Source of the DNA: Acidobacteriota bacterium
GTDB lineage: Bacteria; Acidobacteriota; Vicinamibacteria; Vicinamibacterales; CAVVIG01
Length of the DNA stretch: 64,000 nucleotides
Reading direction: 5' to 3'
NCBI GenBank assembly: GCA_020850715.1
Contig: JADZED010000041.1
Location: 10,623 to 74,622 of the forward strand
This document shows, piece by piece, positions 37,626 to 48,658 of this stretch. Position numbers and translations under genes: made by a program. Position 1 is the first letter of the stretch, and each line of letters opens with the position of its first letter. The notes under the pieces were generated by a model. It made no database searches. It saw nothing but the letters and a program-made list of their open reading frames with translations, and was not told the DNA's origin.

Positions 37626-38531
37626 CTATCGCAGGCTCCGTATCGCGTCTTCGATCAGCGCGGAGAGCTCGCGGTATGTTAACCGAATTTCGCCGCCCGC
37701 CCCGGCCGGAGCCGGCGGCGCCGCGCCGTGTGTGAGCTCCAGCACGAGGCGGCGCCCGCCGCCTTCCGGCGCCTGCACGACCTGACAGGCCACCTCGCCG
37801 GTTCCGCCCGGCGCCGCGGAGCCGATCGCCGGGGGTCGGCGTCCGGGTCCGAGCGCGTCCGCCGCGTCGGCGCAGATCGGCGCGGGGGCGGCGATGCCGT
37901 ACGCGCCGCGCAGCGCCTGGAGCCGGCCGACCTCCTCGCGCGAGAGCACGTGCTCGCGTCCGAGCAGCCGCGCGACGAGGCTGATCCGGGCGAAGTGCTC
38001 GATCGTCTCCATCTTGTAGTACGCCCCGAACAGATCGGCGCCGACGGTGAGGGCGCCGTGGTTGGCGAGGAGCATGCCGTCGTGCGCCTTGATGTACTTC
38101 CGGACCGCCTCGGGCAGCTCCTCGGTCGACGGCGTGGCGTACTCGGCGATCGGAATGCTGCCCAGCGTCGTCAGGACCTCGGCGAGCACGGCGCGGTCCA
38201 GCGGAATGCCGGCGACGGCGAAGCCGGTCGCCGTCGGCGGATGCGCGTGGACGACCGCCCGCGCATCCGGGCGCTGGCGGTACACCTCGAGGTGCATCAG
38301 CATCTCCGACGACGGGTCGCGATCTCCCTCGAGCTTGCGCCCCTCGAGATCGGTGATGCACATCATGTCCGGCGTCATGAAGCCCTTGCAGACGCTCTTC
38401 GGGGTCATGAGCAGCCGGGCCTCGCCGAGACGGACGCTGATGTTGCCGTCGTTCGACGCGGTGTAGCCGCGGGCGTACATGCGGCGCCCGACTTCGACGA
38501 TGTCCGCGCGCAGGGAGGATTCGAGGCTCAT
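37626..38531 (-). CDS. Class II aldolase/adducin-family protein (fuculose-phosphate-aldolase-like) with an approximately 85-aa C-terminal extension ending in an encapsulation-peptide-like helix
   Basis: 301 aa. Motifs: [31 protein letters not shown] (metal His), [11 protein letters not shown]. The tail is a Pro/Ala/Gly-rich linker followed by [21 protein letters not shown]. Confidence 0.85.
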   Translation of the reverse strand: MSLESSLRADIVEVGRRMYARGYTASNDGNISVRLGEARLLMTPKSVCKGFMTPDMMCITDLEGRKLEGDRDPSSEMLMHLEVYRQRPDARAVVHAHPPTATGFAVAGIPLDRAVLAEVLTTLGSIPIAEYATPSTEELPEAVRKYIKAHDGMLLANHGALTVGADLFGAYYKMETIEHFARISLVARLLGREHVLSREEVGRLQALRGAYGIAAPAPICADAADALGPGRRPPAIGSAAPGGTGEVACQVVQAPEGGGRRLVLELTHGAAPPAPAGAGGEIRLTYRELSALIEDAIRSLR

Positions 38532-38779
38532 GCGGTGCGGGCGCGGTACTTGTCGCGGCAGGCAGTCGAGCAGAAGAAGACCGGCTGGCGGTCCCCGGCC
38601 AGCGTCACGGCGCGACCGGGCACCACGAAAGTGCCGCAGACCGGATCGCGGACCATCGGCACCGGCCGCGGCGGCGTGTCCCGCCCGCCGCCGAGCCCGG
38701 CCAGCACGCCGTCGACGAGGCGCCAGAACGCCCGGGCGAAGACGACGAACAGGACGAGCAGGAGGGCCAGGCGCAGCAC
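38528..38779 (-). CDS. Small membrane-anchored YHS/TRASH-like domain protein
   Basis: Inside track ORF 38528..39115; the GTG at 38779 overlaps the upstream stop. It has an N-terminal TM segment (LRLALLLVLFVVFARAFW) followed by DPVCGTFVVPGRAV...FFCSTACRDKY. The stop overlaps the aldolase ATG (ATGA). Confidence 0.5.
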   Translation of the reverse strand: MLRLALLLVLFVVFARAFWRLVDGVLAGLGGGRDTPPRPVPMVRDPVCGTFVVPGRAVTLAGDRQPVFFCSTACRDKYRARTA

Positions 38780-39423
38780 TACTGCCCCTGCGGCGGCGCC
38801 GGCGCGCTGCCTGTCGTGGGATGCGCCGAGCGAAGGCTGTCGAGTGCGCGTTTGGCGGCCTGCCCTTCCGGACCGTCCGGAGCGACGGCGAGCACCTGCT
38901 CCCACGAGCGGGTCGCGCCGTCGAGGTCCTGCTTGCCGAACGCGAGGACGATGCCCTTGTTGAGCAGCGTCTTGACGTGCTTGGGATCGACCGCCAGCGA
39001 ATGGTCGAATTGCTCGATCGCCTTGTCGGGCTGGTTGGTGTAGTAGTACGCCACGCCGAGATCGGTGCTCACGTTGGGATCGCCAGGATCGAGCTTGATC
39101 GCCGCCGAATACCACTTGATCGCGTCGTCGTAGCGCTCGGCATCGAAGTAGAGGTTGGCGAGATCGACGCGCGGCTTCGCGCTCGACGGCTCGCGCTCGG
39201 CGATCGCCTCGAGCGCCTTCACCCGCTCCTGGTCGAGAATCGCCGCGCGCGTGGTCCCCTCGCTCCCGGCCGGGGCGGCGGCGGTCTGGACCGCGGCCGG
39301 CGGGCCAGCGCCCGGCCTTGCCTGCTGGCTGCCGATAACCCAGCCGGCGATCAGGCCGAACGCGATGCCGGCGAGGCCGAAGGCGATCGCATCGGACTTC
39401 ATGGAGGTAGAGTCTTCGATCAT
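38779..39423 (-). CDS. Membrane-anchored tetratricopeptide-repeat protein
   Basis: 214 aa. TM segment: AIAFGLAGIAFGLIAGWVIG. TPR-like repeats: LANLYFDAERYDDAIKWYSAAIKLDPGDP and LGVAYYYTNQPDKAIEQFDHSLAVDP. Confidence 0.7.
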   Translation of the reverse strand: MIEDSTSMKSDAIAFGLAGIAFGLIAGWVIGSQQARPGAGPPAAVQTAAAPAGSEGTTRAAILDQERVKALEAIAEREPSSAKPRVDLANLYFDAERYDDAIKWYSAAIKLDPGDPNVSTDLGVAYYYTNQPDKAIEQFDHSLAVDPKHVKTLLNKGIVLAFGKQDLDGATRSWEQVLAVAPDGPEGQAAKRALDSLRSAHPTTGSAPAPPQGQ

Positions 39424-40172
39424 ATCAGCGTGCGGAGAAACCAGTCCACCAGCGCGCGCGCCAGGTCGCCGTCGTGCTCGAGCATGCGGGTGCCGTGGCC
39501 GGCCGTCTCCGAGGTCCGGATTTCGCGCGTGCCGCCGCCGAGCCCGGCCAGGGCGTGAACCGAGCGCATGGCATAGGGATCGTCGGTCGCCGCCGCCAGC
39601 AGGGCGGGGCGGGCGCCGTATTTCCGCATCGGCGCATCGGCGCGCAGCGACCGGTAATCGAGCGACGGCGACAGCAGCGCCACGCTCCGGATCGTCTCAT
39701 CGGCGGCAGCCGCGGCAATTGCCACGTTGGCGCCCAGCGAGGCGCCCCCAATGCCGATGCGCGAGCGATCCACCAGGTCCGGCCGCGACGCCAGGAAGCC
39801 AACGGCAGCCCTGACGTCGAGCGCCATGCGCGCCAGATCGGGCCCGCCGCCCTCGGCTGGCGTCCCGAGCGTCGAACCGCCGTGGCCGCGGAAGTCGATC
39901 GCCAGCGCATGGATGCCCGCCCCGGCCAGCCGGTCCGCGACCGCGCGCCAGTCGTCGCGCGAGCGTCCGAGCATGTGGAGCAGGACGACGGCCGGCGCGG
40001 GCCGGCTCGAGGCTTCGTACAGCGTCGCGGCGATCGTCACGCCGTCTTCGGTTGCAAAGGAGACGGGGCGCGGCGCGGCGCCCGCGACGGCCGCTCCGAT
40101 CAGCAGCGCGCAGGCGGCGAGGCACGAGGCGGCGGCCGGCGGCCGGCCGGCGTGTCGCGCGCTGCCGTTCAC
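39420..40172 (-). CDS. Secreted alpha/beta hydrolase (dienelactone-hydrolase/peptidase S9-like)
   Basis: Inside track ORF 39420..40658; the GTG at 40172 overlaps the pdxJ stop (GTGA). It has a signal peptide. Other motifs: VVLLHMLGRSRDDW, and the nucleophile elbow GIGGASLGANV. Confidence 0.7.
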   Translation of the reverse strand: MNGSARHAGRPPAAASCLAACALLIGAAVAGAAPRPVSFATEDGVTIAATLYEASSRPAPAVVLLHMLGRSRDDWRAVADRLAGAGIHALAIDFRGHGGSTLGTPAEGGGPDLARMALDVRAAVGFLASRPDLVDRSRIGIGGASLGANVAIAAAAADETIRSVALLSPSLDYRSLRADAPMRKYGARPALLAAATDDPYAMRSVHALAGLGGGTREIRTSETAGHGTRMLEHDGDLARALVDWFLRTLI

Positions 40173-40936
40173 GCCTGGCCTTCGGACGCGGGCGCGTCGA
40201 GCACGGCCAGATACTCGCGGACCGCGGTCGCAAGGCCGACAAACAGGGCGCGGGAGACAATCGCGTGGCCGATCGAGACTTCGTCGAGATGAGGCAGCGC
40301 GCGGAAGAGCGCCAGATTGTCCAGATCGAGATCGTGCCCGGCATTCACGCCGAGCCCCAGCGCGTGCGCCAGGCGCGCCGCCTCCGCATAGCGGGCGAAC
40401 GAAGCCCGCGCGGCGGCGCCATCGGGACCCGCCTGCGCGAACGCGCGCGCGAAGGGCTCCGTGTAGAGCTCGACGCGATCGGCGCCGACCGCCTTCGCCC
40501 AACGGATCGCCTCCGGCTCGGGATCGACGAAGAGGCTGACCCGGATGCCGCGGCCGCGCATTCCGGCAACCGCGGCGCCCAGGCGATCGGCCTCGGCGCC
40601 GGCCTGCCAGCCGGCCTGGCTGGTCACTTCTCCCGGTCTGACCGGCACGAGCGTGCACTGATCCGGGCGCACCTGGCGGACCAGCTCGATGAGGTCCGGG
40701 CGCGGATCGCCCTCGATGTTGTACTCGACGCGCGGACGCACCGGCGCCAGCCCGTCCGCGATGTCACGCACGTCGTCGGGCGTGATGTGGCGGCGATCGG
40801 CGCGCGGGTGCACCGTAATGCCCCGGGCGCCCGCCTCGAGACAGGCGCCGACGGCCGCGAGCACGCGCGGCTCGCGCCCGCCGCGCGCGTTGCGCAGCGT
40901 GGCGATCTTGTTGACGTTCACCGAGAGACGCACCAT
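40169..40936 (-). CDS. pdxJ: Pyridoxine 5'-phosphate synthase
   Basis: 255 aa. Motifs: RLSVNVNKIATLRNARGG, HPRADRRHI, VNAGHDL. Confidence 0.9.
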   Translation of the reverse strand: MVRLSVNVNKIATLRNARGGREPRVLAAVGACLEAGARGITVHPRADRRHITPDDVRDIADGLAPVRPRVEYNIEGDPRPDLIELVRQVRPDQCTLVPVRPGEVTSQAGWQAGAEADRLGAAVAGMRGRGIRVSLFVDPEPEAIRWAKAVGADRVELYTEPFARAFAQAGPDGAAARASFARYAEAARLAHALGLGVNAGHDLDLDNLALFRALPHLDEVSIGHAIVSRALFVGLATAVREYLAVLDAPASEGQA

Positions 40937-41023
40937 GCGGAAGTCCGCCTCACGCGCCCTCGCGCGCCGGCCATGTCGATCGGCAGCCGCCGGAGAGCGT
41001 CCGCCTGCAGTCGGCGGTCTGCC

Positions 41024-42397
41024 TCATCCCAGATGCTGCTCGACCGCGTCCACGATCTCCTGCCCCCATCGCCTGATGTCTGCGTCGCTGCGACCCTCGA
41101 GCATGACCCGCAGCAGCGGCTCGGTGCCCGAATAGCGCACCAGGAGCCGCCCCTGTCCGGCCAGGCGCGATTCGACGCGTCCGATCGCCTCGGCAATCGC
41201 GGGCACCGTCGTCAGATCGACCCGGTCGCGGACCCGCACGTTCAGCAGCACCTGCGGATAGGCGATCAGATCCGACGCGAGATCGGCGAGCGTCCTTCCG
41301 GTGAGCGCGATCGTGCGCAGCACGTTCAGCGCCGTGCAGAGGCCGTCCCCGGTGAAGAGGTAGTCGGAGAAGATGACATGGCCCGACTGTTCGCCGCCGA
41401 GCGACAGGTCGCGCGCGAGCATCTCCTCCATCACGTGCTTGTCGCCGACGGCGCATCGGACGAGCTCGATGCCGCGGCCGCGCAGCGCGAGTTCCAGGCC
41501 GATGTTGCTCATCACGGTCGCCACGATCGCGCCGCGCTTCAGTCTTCCCTCCCGCTGCAGCTGCACGCCGCACATCAGCAGCACCGCGTCGCCGTCGACC
41601 AGCCGTCCCCGCTCGTCGACGAAGATCGCGCGGTCGCCGTCGCCGTCGAACGCCACGCCCAGACGGCAGCCGCGGTCGATCACCGTCCGGGCCAGGCGCT
41701 CGGGGTGGGTCGATCCGCAGTGCAGGTTGATGTTCCGGCCGTCCGGCTGATCGCCGATCACCGTGACGGGCAGGCCCAGGCTCGTGAAGAGGCCGGGCGC
41801 GACCGGCGCGGTCGCGCCGTTGGCGCAGTCGAGCGCCAGGGAAAACCCGGCGGGCAGCGCCACACCGGCCACGATCGCGCGCAGATGGTCGAGATAGGCG
41901 CCGACCAGATCGGTGTGCGGCAGGTGAGCCGGCTCGCCGTCCCGCGCCTGCCACGTCTGGTCGGCGACGATCGCCTCCACTTCCCGCTCGACGCGCTCGG
42001 TGAACTTCTCGCCGCGTCCCGAGAACACCTTGATGCCGTTGTCCTCGAACGGATTGTGGGAGGCCGAGATCACCACACCCGCATCGTAGCGCTGCGATCG
42101 CGTGAGGTAGGCGACGGCAGGCGTCGGCACCACCCCGACGCTGGTGACCGACGCGCCTTCCCCGGACGCGCCGTGCGCCAGCTCCGCTTCGATCCATGGG
42201 CCCGATTCGCGCGTGTCGCGGCCGACCAGCAGCCGCGGCGCGCCGGGCTGCCCCGATCGCCCCGTCACCGGGTCTTCCGGCAGCGCGCGCACCAGCGCCG
42301 CGCCCAGGCGGCGCACCGTCGTGCGATCGAGGGGATGCCGTCCGGCGATGCCGCGAATGCCGTCGGTGCCGAACAGGCGAGGATTACTGCTGGACAC
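41024..42397 (-). CDS. glmM: Phosphoglucosamine mutase
   Basis: 457 aa. Motifs: LFGTDGIRG, the active-site ISASHNPFEDNGIK, GVAFDGDGDR, GGEQSGH. Confidence 0.9.
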   Translation of the reverse strand: MSSSNPRLFGTDGIRGIAGRHPLDRTTVRRLGAALVRALPEDPVTGRSGQPGAPRLLVGRDTRESGPWIEAELAHGASGEGASVTSVGVVPTPAVAYLTRSQRYDAGVVISASHNPFEDNGIKVFSGRGEKFTERVEREVEAIVADQTWQARDGEPAHLPHTDLVGAYLDHLRAIVAGVALPAGFSLALDCANGATAPVAPGLFTSLGLPVTVIGDQPDGRNINLHCGSTHPERLARTVIDRGCRLGVAFDGDGDRAIFVDERGRLVDGDAVLLMCGVQLQREGRLKRGAIVATVMSNIGLELALRGRGIELVRCAVGDKHVMEEMLARDLSLGGEQSGHVIFSDYLFTGDGLCTALNVLRTIALTGRTLADLASDLIAYPQVLLNVRVRDRVDLTTVPAIAEAIGRVESRLAGQGRLLVRYSGTEPLLRVMLEGRSDADIRRWGQEIVDAVEQHLG

Positions 42398-43310
42398 GGG
42401 AGATCCTCACCTGGACCGACGCCGGCGATACCGCCGCCACACCGAGGCCGCCGGGCGCCGAGGCGTCGACCGGAAGCGTGTACTGGCCGGCGCCGAGCCC
42501 GGCCAGATCGACGGATGCGGAGACGTCGTCGGCGGCGAGGCCCTGGACGGCGCTGCGGCTGCCGCGCACGCTGATGTCGATCAGTTCTGGCGCGGTCTGG
42601 GCCGTGAGACCGGGCGCCAGATTGCGCAGGCGCACCGGGCGGCCGCGCAGGATCCGCTCACCTGACGCGGGCACGATCTCGACGGTGACGGCGGCCGCGC
42701 GCGGCGTCTTCAGGCGGACGGACGGCTCGACAAAGCCGATGGTCACCTCTTCGGTCACCGTTCCGGTCGCGCCGGCAACAGACACCGGCTCGGTGATCGC
42801 CTCCTGCACGCGCGCGACCGCGCTCTCGGGGCCGATGACGTCGACCACCGCAGGATCCGAGCGGACCGCGGCCACGGTGAAACCGTCCGCCGGCCGCCCC
42901 TCGATCGACGGAGAGACCGGCACCTGCCGCGAACCGGTCTGCTCGAACACGAGCGCGATGCTCGGCGGCGACACCTGGGTCACCTCGACGCCGAAGGGGA
43001 CGCGCACCTGCTCGGCCGTCAGATGAAACAGGCGGCGGCCCGGGCGCGCCCCGTGAAGATCGAGCACGGCCACGACGTCGGCCGGCGCGAGCCGGCTGAG
43101 CGTCCCCGAGCCGCCGCGCAGCCGCAGATCGACCGTCGACGGCATCTCCTGCCGCAGCTCGAGCCCCGCCGGAAGCTGCTGGAACTCGAGCGGCGCGCGC
43201 AGACCGCGCTCGACGGTCTCTTCGCCCGATGCCACGAGCCACAGCAGGATCGCAAGGCCGATCGACAGCGCCTTGAGGCCGGGATGGCCGAACGGCCAGG
43301 GCGCCTTCAT
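42384..43310 (-). CDS. YbbR-domain protein (CdaR-like regulator of diadenylate cyclase)
   Basis: 308 aa. It has an N-terminal TM segment and repeated YbbR-like beta-rich modules, and it sits between cdaA and glmM as in the conserved cdaA-cdaR-glmM module. Confidence 0.7.
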   Translation of the reverse strand: MKAPWPFGHPGLKALSIGLAILLWLVASGEETVERGLRAPLEFQQLPAGLELRQEMPSTVDLRLRGGSGTLSRLAPADVVAVLDLHGARPGRRLFHLTAEQVRVPFGVEVTQVSPPSIALVFEQTGSRQVPVSPSIEGRPADGFTVAAVRSDPAVVDVIGPESAVARVQEAITEPVSVAGATGTVTEEVTIGFVEPSVRLKTPRAAAVTVEIVPASGERILRGRPVRLRNLAPGLTAQTAPELIDISVRGSRSAVQGLAADDVSASVDLAGLGAGQYTLPVDASAPGGLGVAAVSPASVQVRISRVQQ

Positions 43311-44125
43311 ATCGTGAGCTGCACCCGCGCATCCCGCCGCGCCGGCTGCGTGCTCTTGTGGAGCACGAGCCCGCGGAGGCGCGCGCGCAGCGTATCGGCA
43401 TCGAGGTGCCGGTCGATCTGGCCGTCGACCACGACCGAGATGAGCCCGGTCTCCTCGGACACCACAATCGCGACCGCGTCGTTCTCCTCGGTGAGGCCGA
43501 TCGCCGCGCGATGGCGCGATCCGAGGTCCTTCGCGAGCCGCGGATTGACCGTGAGCGGCAGGAAGCAGGCGGCGGCAGCCACGCGGTTCTCCTGCACGAT
43601 GACGGCGCCGTCGTGCAGCGGCGACTGGGGCTGGAACACGCTGAGCAGCAGGTCGTAGGTCAGCGTGGCATCCAGCGGAATGCCGCCCTCGATGTAGTTG
43701 CGCAGCCCGATCTGCCGCTCGATGGCGATGATCGCCCCGATGCGCTGCGCCGCCAGCATGCTCGTCGCCACCACGAGCTCCTCGATCGATTCCTCCGCCG
43801 ATTCTGTCTTCGCGAAGTACCGGAAGAAGGGCGCGCGGCCCAGGTGCGCGAGCGCCCGGCGGATGTCGGCCTGGAACAGCACGATGATGGCGAACACGAC
43901 GTAGCCGGCGACGTTGCGGATCAGCCAGTTGACCGTCTCGAGGTGCCCCCAGCGCGATCCGTAGAACAGCGCGACGAACACGCCCCCGCCGAGCGCCATC
44001 TGCACGGCCCGCGTGCCGCGGATCATCTTGAGGACTTCGTAGACGATCACCGACACGACGAGGATGTCGAGCAGGTCCCGCCAGCCGATCGGCGGACGCC
44101 GCAGCAGGAGCGTGAGCCAGTTCAT
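43307..44125 (-). CDS. cdaA: Diadenylate cyclase CdaA (membrane-anchored DAC domain)
   Basis: 272 aa with three N-terminal TM segments. Motifs: PLHDGAVIV, LGSRHRAAIGLTEE. Confidence 0.9.
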   Translation of the reverse strand: MNWLTLLLRRPPIGWRDLLDILVVSVIVYEVLKMIRGTRAVQMALGGGVFVALFYGSRWGHLETVNWLIRNVAGYVVFAIIVLFQADIRRALAHLGRAPFFRYFAKTESAEESIEELVVATSMLAAQRIGAIIAIERQIGLRNYIEGGIPLDATLTYDLLLSVFQPQSPLHDGAVIVQENRVAAAACFLPLTVNPRLAKDLGSRHRAAIGLTEENDAVAIVVSEETGLISVVVDGQIDRHLDADTLRARLRGLVLHKSTQPARRDARVQLTI

Positions 44126-44997
44126 GATCGATCCGCGTGCCGCCGGATCTCGTCCGCGACGCGCACCACCTGCAGCATCTCCGCGACGGCGTGGACCCGC
44201 ACGATGTGGGCGCCGCCGAGCACGGCGGCGGTCACCGCCGCCGCGGTCCCCCAGTCGCGCTCCGGCGCCGGCCTGGCGCCGAGCGCCTCTCGCATGAAGG
44301 ACTTGCGCGACACCCCGGCGAGCAGCGGCCGCCCCAGCCGCACGAGGAGCTCCGGCAGGCGGGCCAGGACACCATAGCTGTGCGGCGGCCGTTTGGCAAA
44401 CCCGATGCCGGGGTCGACGACCAGGCGCTCGGCAGGGATGCCGGCCGCCTGCGCCCGGTCCAGGCTCGCGCGCAGCTCGGACTCGATCTCGCCGAGCAGG
44501 TCCTGGTAGACCGCCTCGTCCTGCATCGTCGCCGGCCGGCCGCGCGTGTGCATGAGCACGAGCGCGGCGCCGCTGGCGGCGGCCGCGGATCCGAGCGCCG
44601 GGTCGAACCGGAGCCCGCTGTTGTCGTTGATGAGGGCGGCGCCGGCCGCCACGGCCGCCCGCGCCACCTCCGCCTTGTAGGTGTCGATCGAGATGAGGGC
44701 CCTGACGCGGCCGGCCAGCGCTTCGACAACCGGCAGGACGCGGGCGCGCTCGTCGGCCGCCGGCACCGGCGCGGCGCCCGGACGCGTCGATTCGCCGCCC
44801 ACGTCGATGATGTCGGCCCCTTCCGCATCCATGCGCAGGCCGGCCTCGATCGCCGCCGCCGGGTCCAGACGGCTCGCGGCCTCCGCAAACGAGTCGGGGG
44901 TGACGTTGAGGACGCCCATGACGAGGGTCCGCTCGCCGAGGGCCAGCGGCGGGCGGCCCGGCAGCGCCAGGCGATGAAGGGGGCGGGGGGCGATCAT
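44122..44997 (-). CDS. folP: Dihydropteroate synthase
   Basis: 291 aa. Motifs: VMGVLNVTPDSF, IIDVGGESTRPG, LINDNSG. Confidence 0.9.
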   Translation of the reverse strand: MIAPRPLHRLALPGRPPLALGERTLVMGVLNVTPDSFAEAASRLDPAAAIEAGLRMDAEGADIIDVGGESTRPGAAPVPAADERARVLPVVEALAGRVRALISIDTYKAEVARAAVAAGAALINDNSGLRFDPALGSAAAASGAALVLMHTRGRPATMQDEAVYQDLLGEIESELRASLDRAQAAGIPAERLVVDPGIGFAKRPPHSYGVLARLPELLVRLGRPLLAGVSRKSFMREALGARPAPERDWGTAAAVTAAVLGGAHIVRVHAVAEMLQVVRVADEIRRHADRS

Positions 44998-45081
44998 GAA
45001 ATCGGAAGCCGGGAACCGCGGACTCCGGAATTATCCCAAATTCCTCGATCGCGATTCCCGATTCCGGACTGCTGGTCCCGT

Positions 45082-46995
<1,914 letters not shown>

Positions 46996-47020
46996 CGGTG
47001 AGCTCCCAACAGGACACGCC

Positions 47021-48457
47021 TCATAGATGCGTAAGTTTCAAGATTAGCACGGCTTGCGAAGGGTCGGAGACGCGAAACGCCTCGTCAATTCCGTAACCGG
47101 CGACCCACACGATCCGATCCGCGGCATCCACGACCAGCGGCACGCGATCGCGCTCGCCGCGGGGCACCCGCCGGTCGACAAACAGGTCCTGCAGCTTCTT
47201 GCGTCCGCCCAGCCCGACCGGCCGGAAGCGGTCGCCCGGCCGGCGGCCACGCACCGTCAGCGGCCCCGCGCACCGATCGGCCCTGACGATCGCGATCGAC
47301 CCGCTGCTCGCCACTGCATCGCCCGGCCCGGCCGCGCATTCGACCGTCAGCCGGCAGCCCGCCTCGATCAGTTCAACCTCTCCTGGAATAGACAACGGAT
47401 AGGAGAAAAGGTTCACGGGCTGCGCAGGGTGCTCGGGGTGGACGGGATGTTCCGCGCTCCAGCGGCCCGTCGTGCCGGCCGGCCTGCTGGCAAAGATGAG
47501 GTGGGCACCCGCCCTCTCGACGCGGTGGCCCGGCGCGTCCATGCGGTCCGCCGGCGCCCGCAGCACCTCGAGCGCCCTCTCCACGTGCCGACACGAGACG
47601 GGACGTCCTCCGCTCGCCCGCTCCATCGCGCGGCTCACCGCCAGACGCCTCACGGCCGACGGCGCCGCGAGCATCGCGGCGGCATCGAGGGCCGAGGCCG
47701 ACGGGTGTGGCGCGGGGCGGGCGGCGGCCTGCAGGAGCGCGTCCGCCGCCTGCGCGAGCCATTCGGAGACCTCGCGCGCGAGGTCGGCCTCGCCGGCGAG
47801 CACGGCCACGATGTTGGGGTTGAAGCGCGCCTCGAGCAGCGGAACGAGCTCGGCGCGAATGCGGTTGCGCGGAATCGAGACGTCGGCGTTGGACGCGTCC
47901 TCGACGAAACCGATTCGCCCGCGGTCGAGCCAGGCGCGCAGCTCGGCACGCCGGCATGCCAGCAGCGGCCGCACGAGACGTCCGCGCCGCGGTCGCATCG
48001 ATCCGAGGCCGCGGGCGCCGGCGCCACGGAGCAGGCGCAGCAGGAACGTCTCCGCCTGATCGTCGCGCGTGTGCCCGAGCGCGACGACCTCGCCGTTCAG
48101 ACGGTCGCACGCACGCTCGAAGAAGGCGTGGCGCGCCACGTGCGCCGCATGCTCCACCGAGCGGCGCGCGGCGCGCGCGCGCGCCGCGACGTCCTCGCGC
48201 TCGACGACGAACGGCCAGCCGAGCGCGGCCGCCGCCTCCCGGACGAAGCGCTCGTCGTCGTCGGCCGCCGGCCGGAGCTGGTGGTTGAAATGGGCGACGC
48301 CGGCGATCTTCAGCGCGCCGCCGGCGGCGAGCGCACGCATGAGGTGCGCGAGCGCGATGGAATCGGATCCGCCCGACACGGCGAGAACCACGCGGGTGGC
48401 CGGGCCGGCGAGCGCGTGCTGGCGGATGAATCGGCCGACGCGGTCGACAACTGGCAT
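47021..48457 (-). CDS. tilS: tRNA(Ile)-lysidine synthase
   Basis: 478 aa. PP-loop: [13 protein letters not shown]. The C-terminal TilS substrate-binding domain carries [15 protein letters not shown]. Confidence 0.85.
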   Translation of the reverse strand: MPVVDRVGRFIRQHALAGPATRVVLAVSGGSDSIALAHLMRALAAGGALKIAGVAHFNHQLRPAADDDERFVREAAAALGWPFVVEREDVAARARAARRSVEHAAHVARHAFFERACDRLNGEVVALGHTRDDQAETFLLRLLRGAGARGLGSMRPRRGRLVRPLLACRRAELRAWLDRGRIGFVEDASNADVSIPRNRIRAELVPLLEARFNPNIVAVLAGEADLAREVSEWLAQAADALLQAAARPAPHPSASALDAAAMLAAPSAVRRLAVSRAMERASGGRPVSCRHVERALEVLRAPADRMDAPGHRVERAGAHLIFASRPAGTTGRWSAEHPVHPEHPAQPVNLFSYPLSIPGEVELIEAGCRLTVECAAGPGDAVASSGSIAIVRADRCAGPLTVRGRRPGDRFRPVGLGGRKKLQDLFVDRRVPRGERDRVPLVVDAADRIVWVAGYGIDEAFRVSDPSQAVLILKLTHL

Positions 48458-48567
48458 GGACGGACCGGCGGGACGGGCGGGACGGCGGGACAGGCGGGAT
48501 GGATGCGCGACTGCGCGGCGACCGTCCTGCCCTCCAGCCGTTGCTGCCGTGCCTGCCGAGTATCAAG

Positions 48568-48641
48568 TGCCGGAGGACGGATTCGAACCGTCGACCCCGC
48601 GCTTATGAGACGCGTGCTCTCACCAACTGAGCTACTCCGGC
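48568..48641 (-). tRNA. tRNA with a CAT anticodon (elongator Met, or Ile2 that becomes lysidine-modified). No encoded CCA.
   Basis: Hand-folded cloverleaf from the reverse complement: GCCGGAG-TA-GCTC-AGTTGGTGA-GAGC-A-CGCGT-CTCATAA-GCGCG-GGGTC-GACGG-TTCGAAT-CCGTC-CTCCGGC-A. The acceptor stem has 7 bp, and the G1-C72 pair rules out an initiator tRNA. Confidence 0.85.
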
Positions 48642-48658
48642 CAGAACCAGCGATTGTA

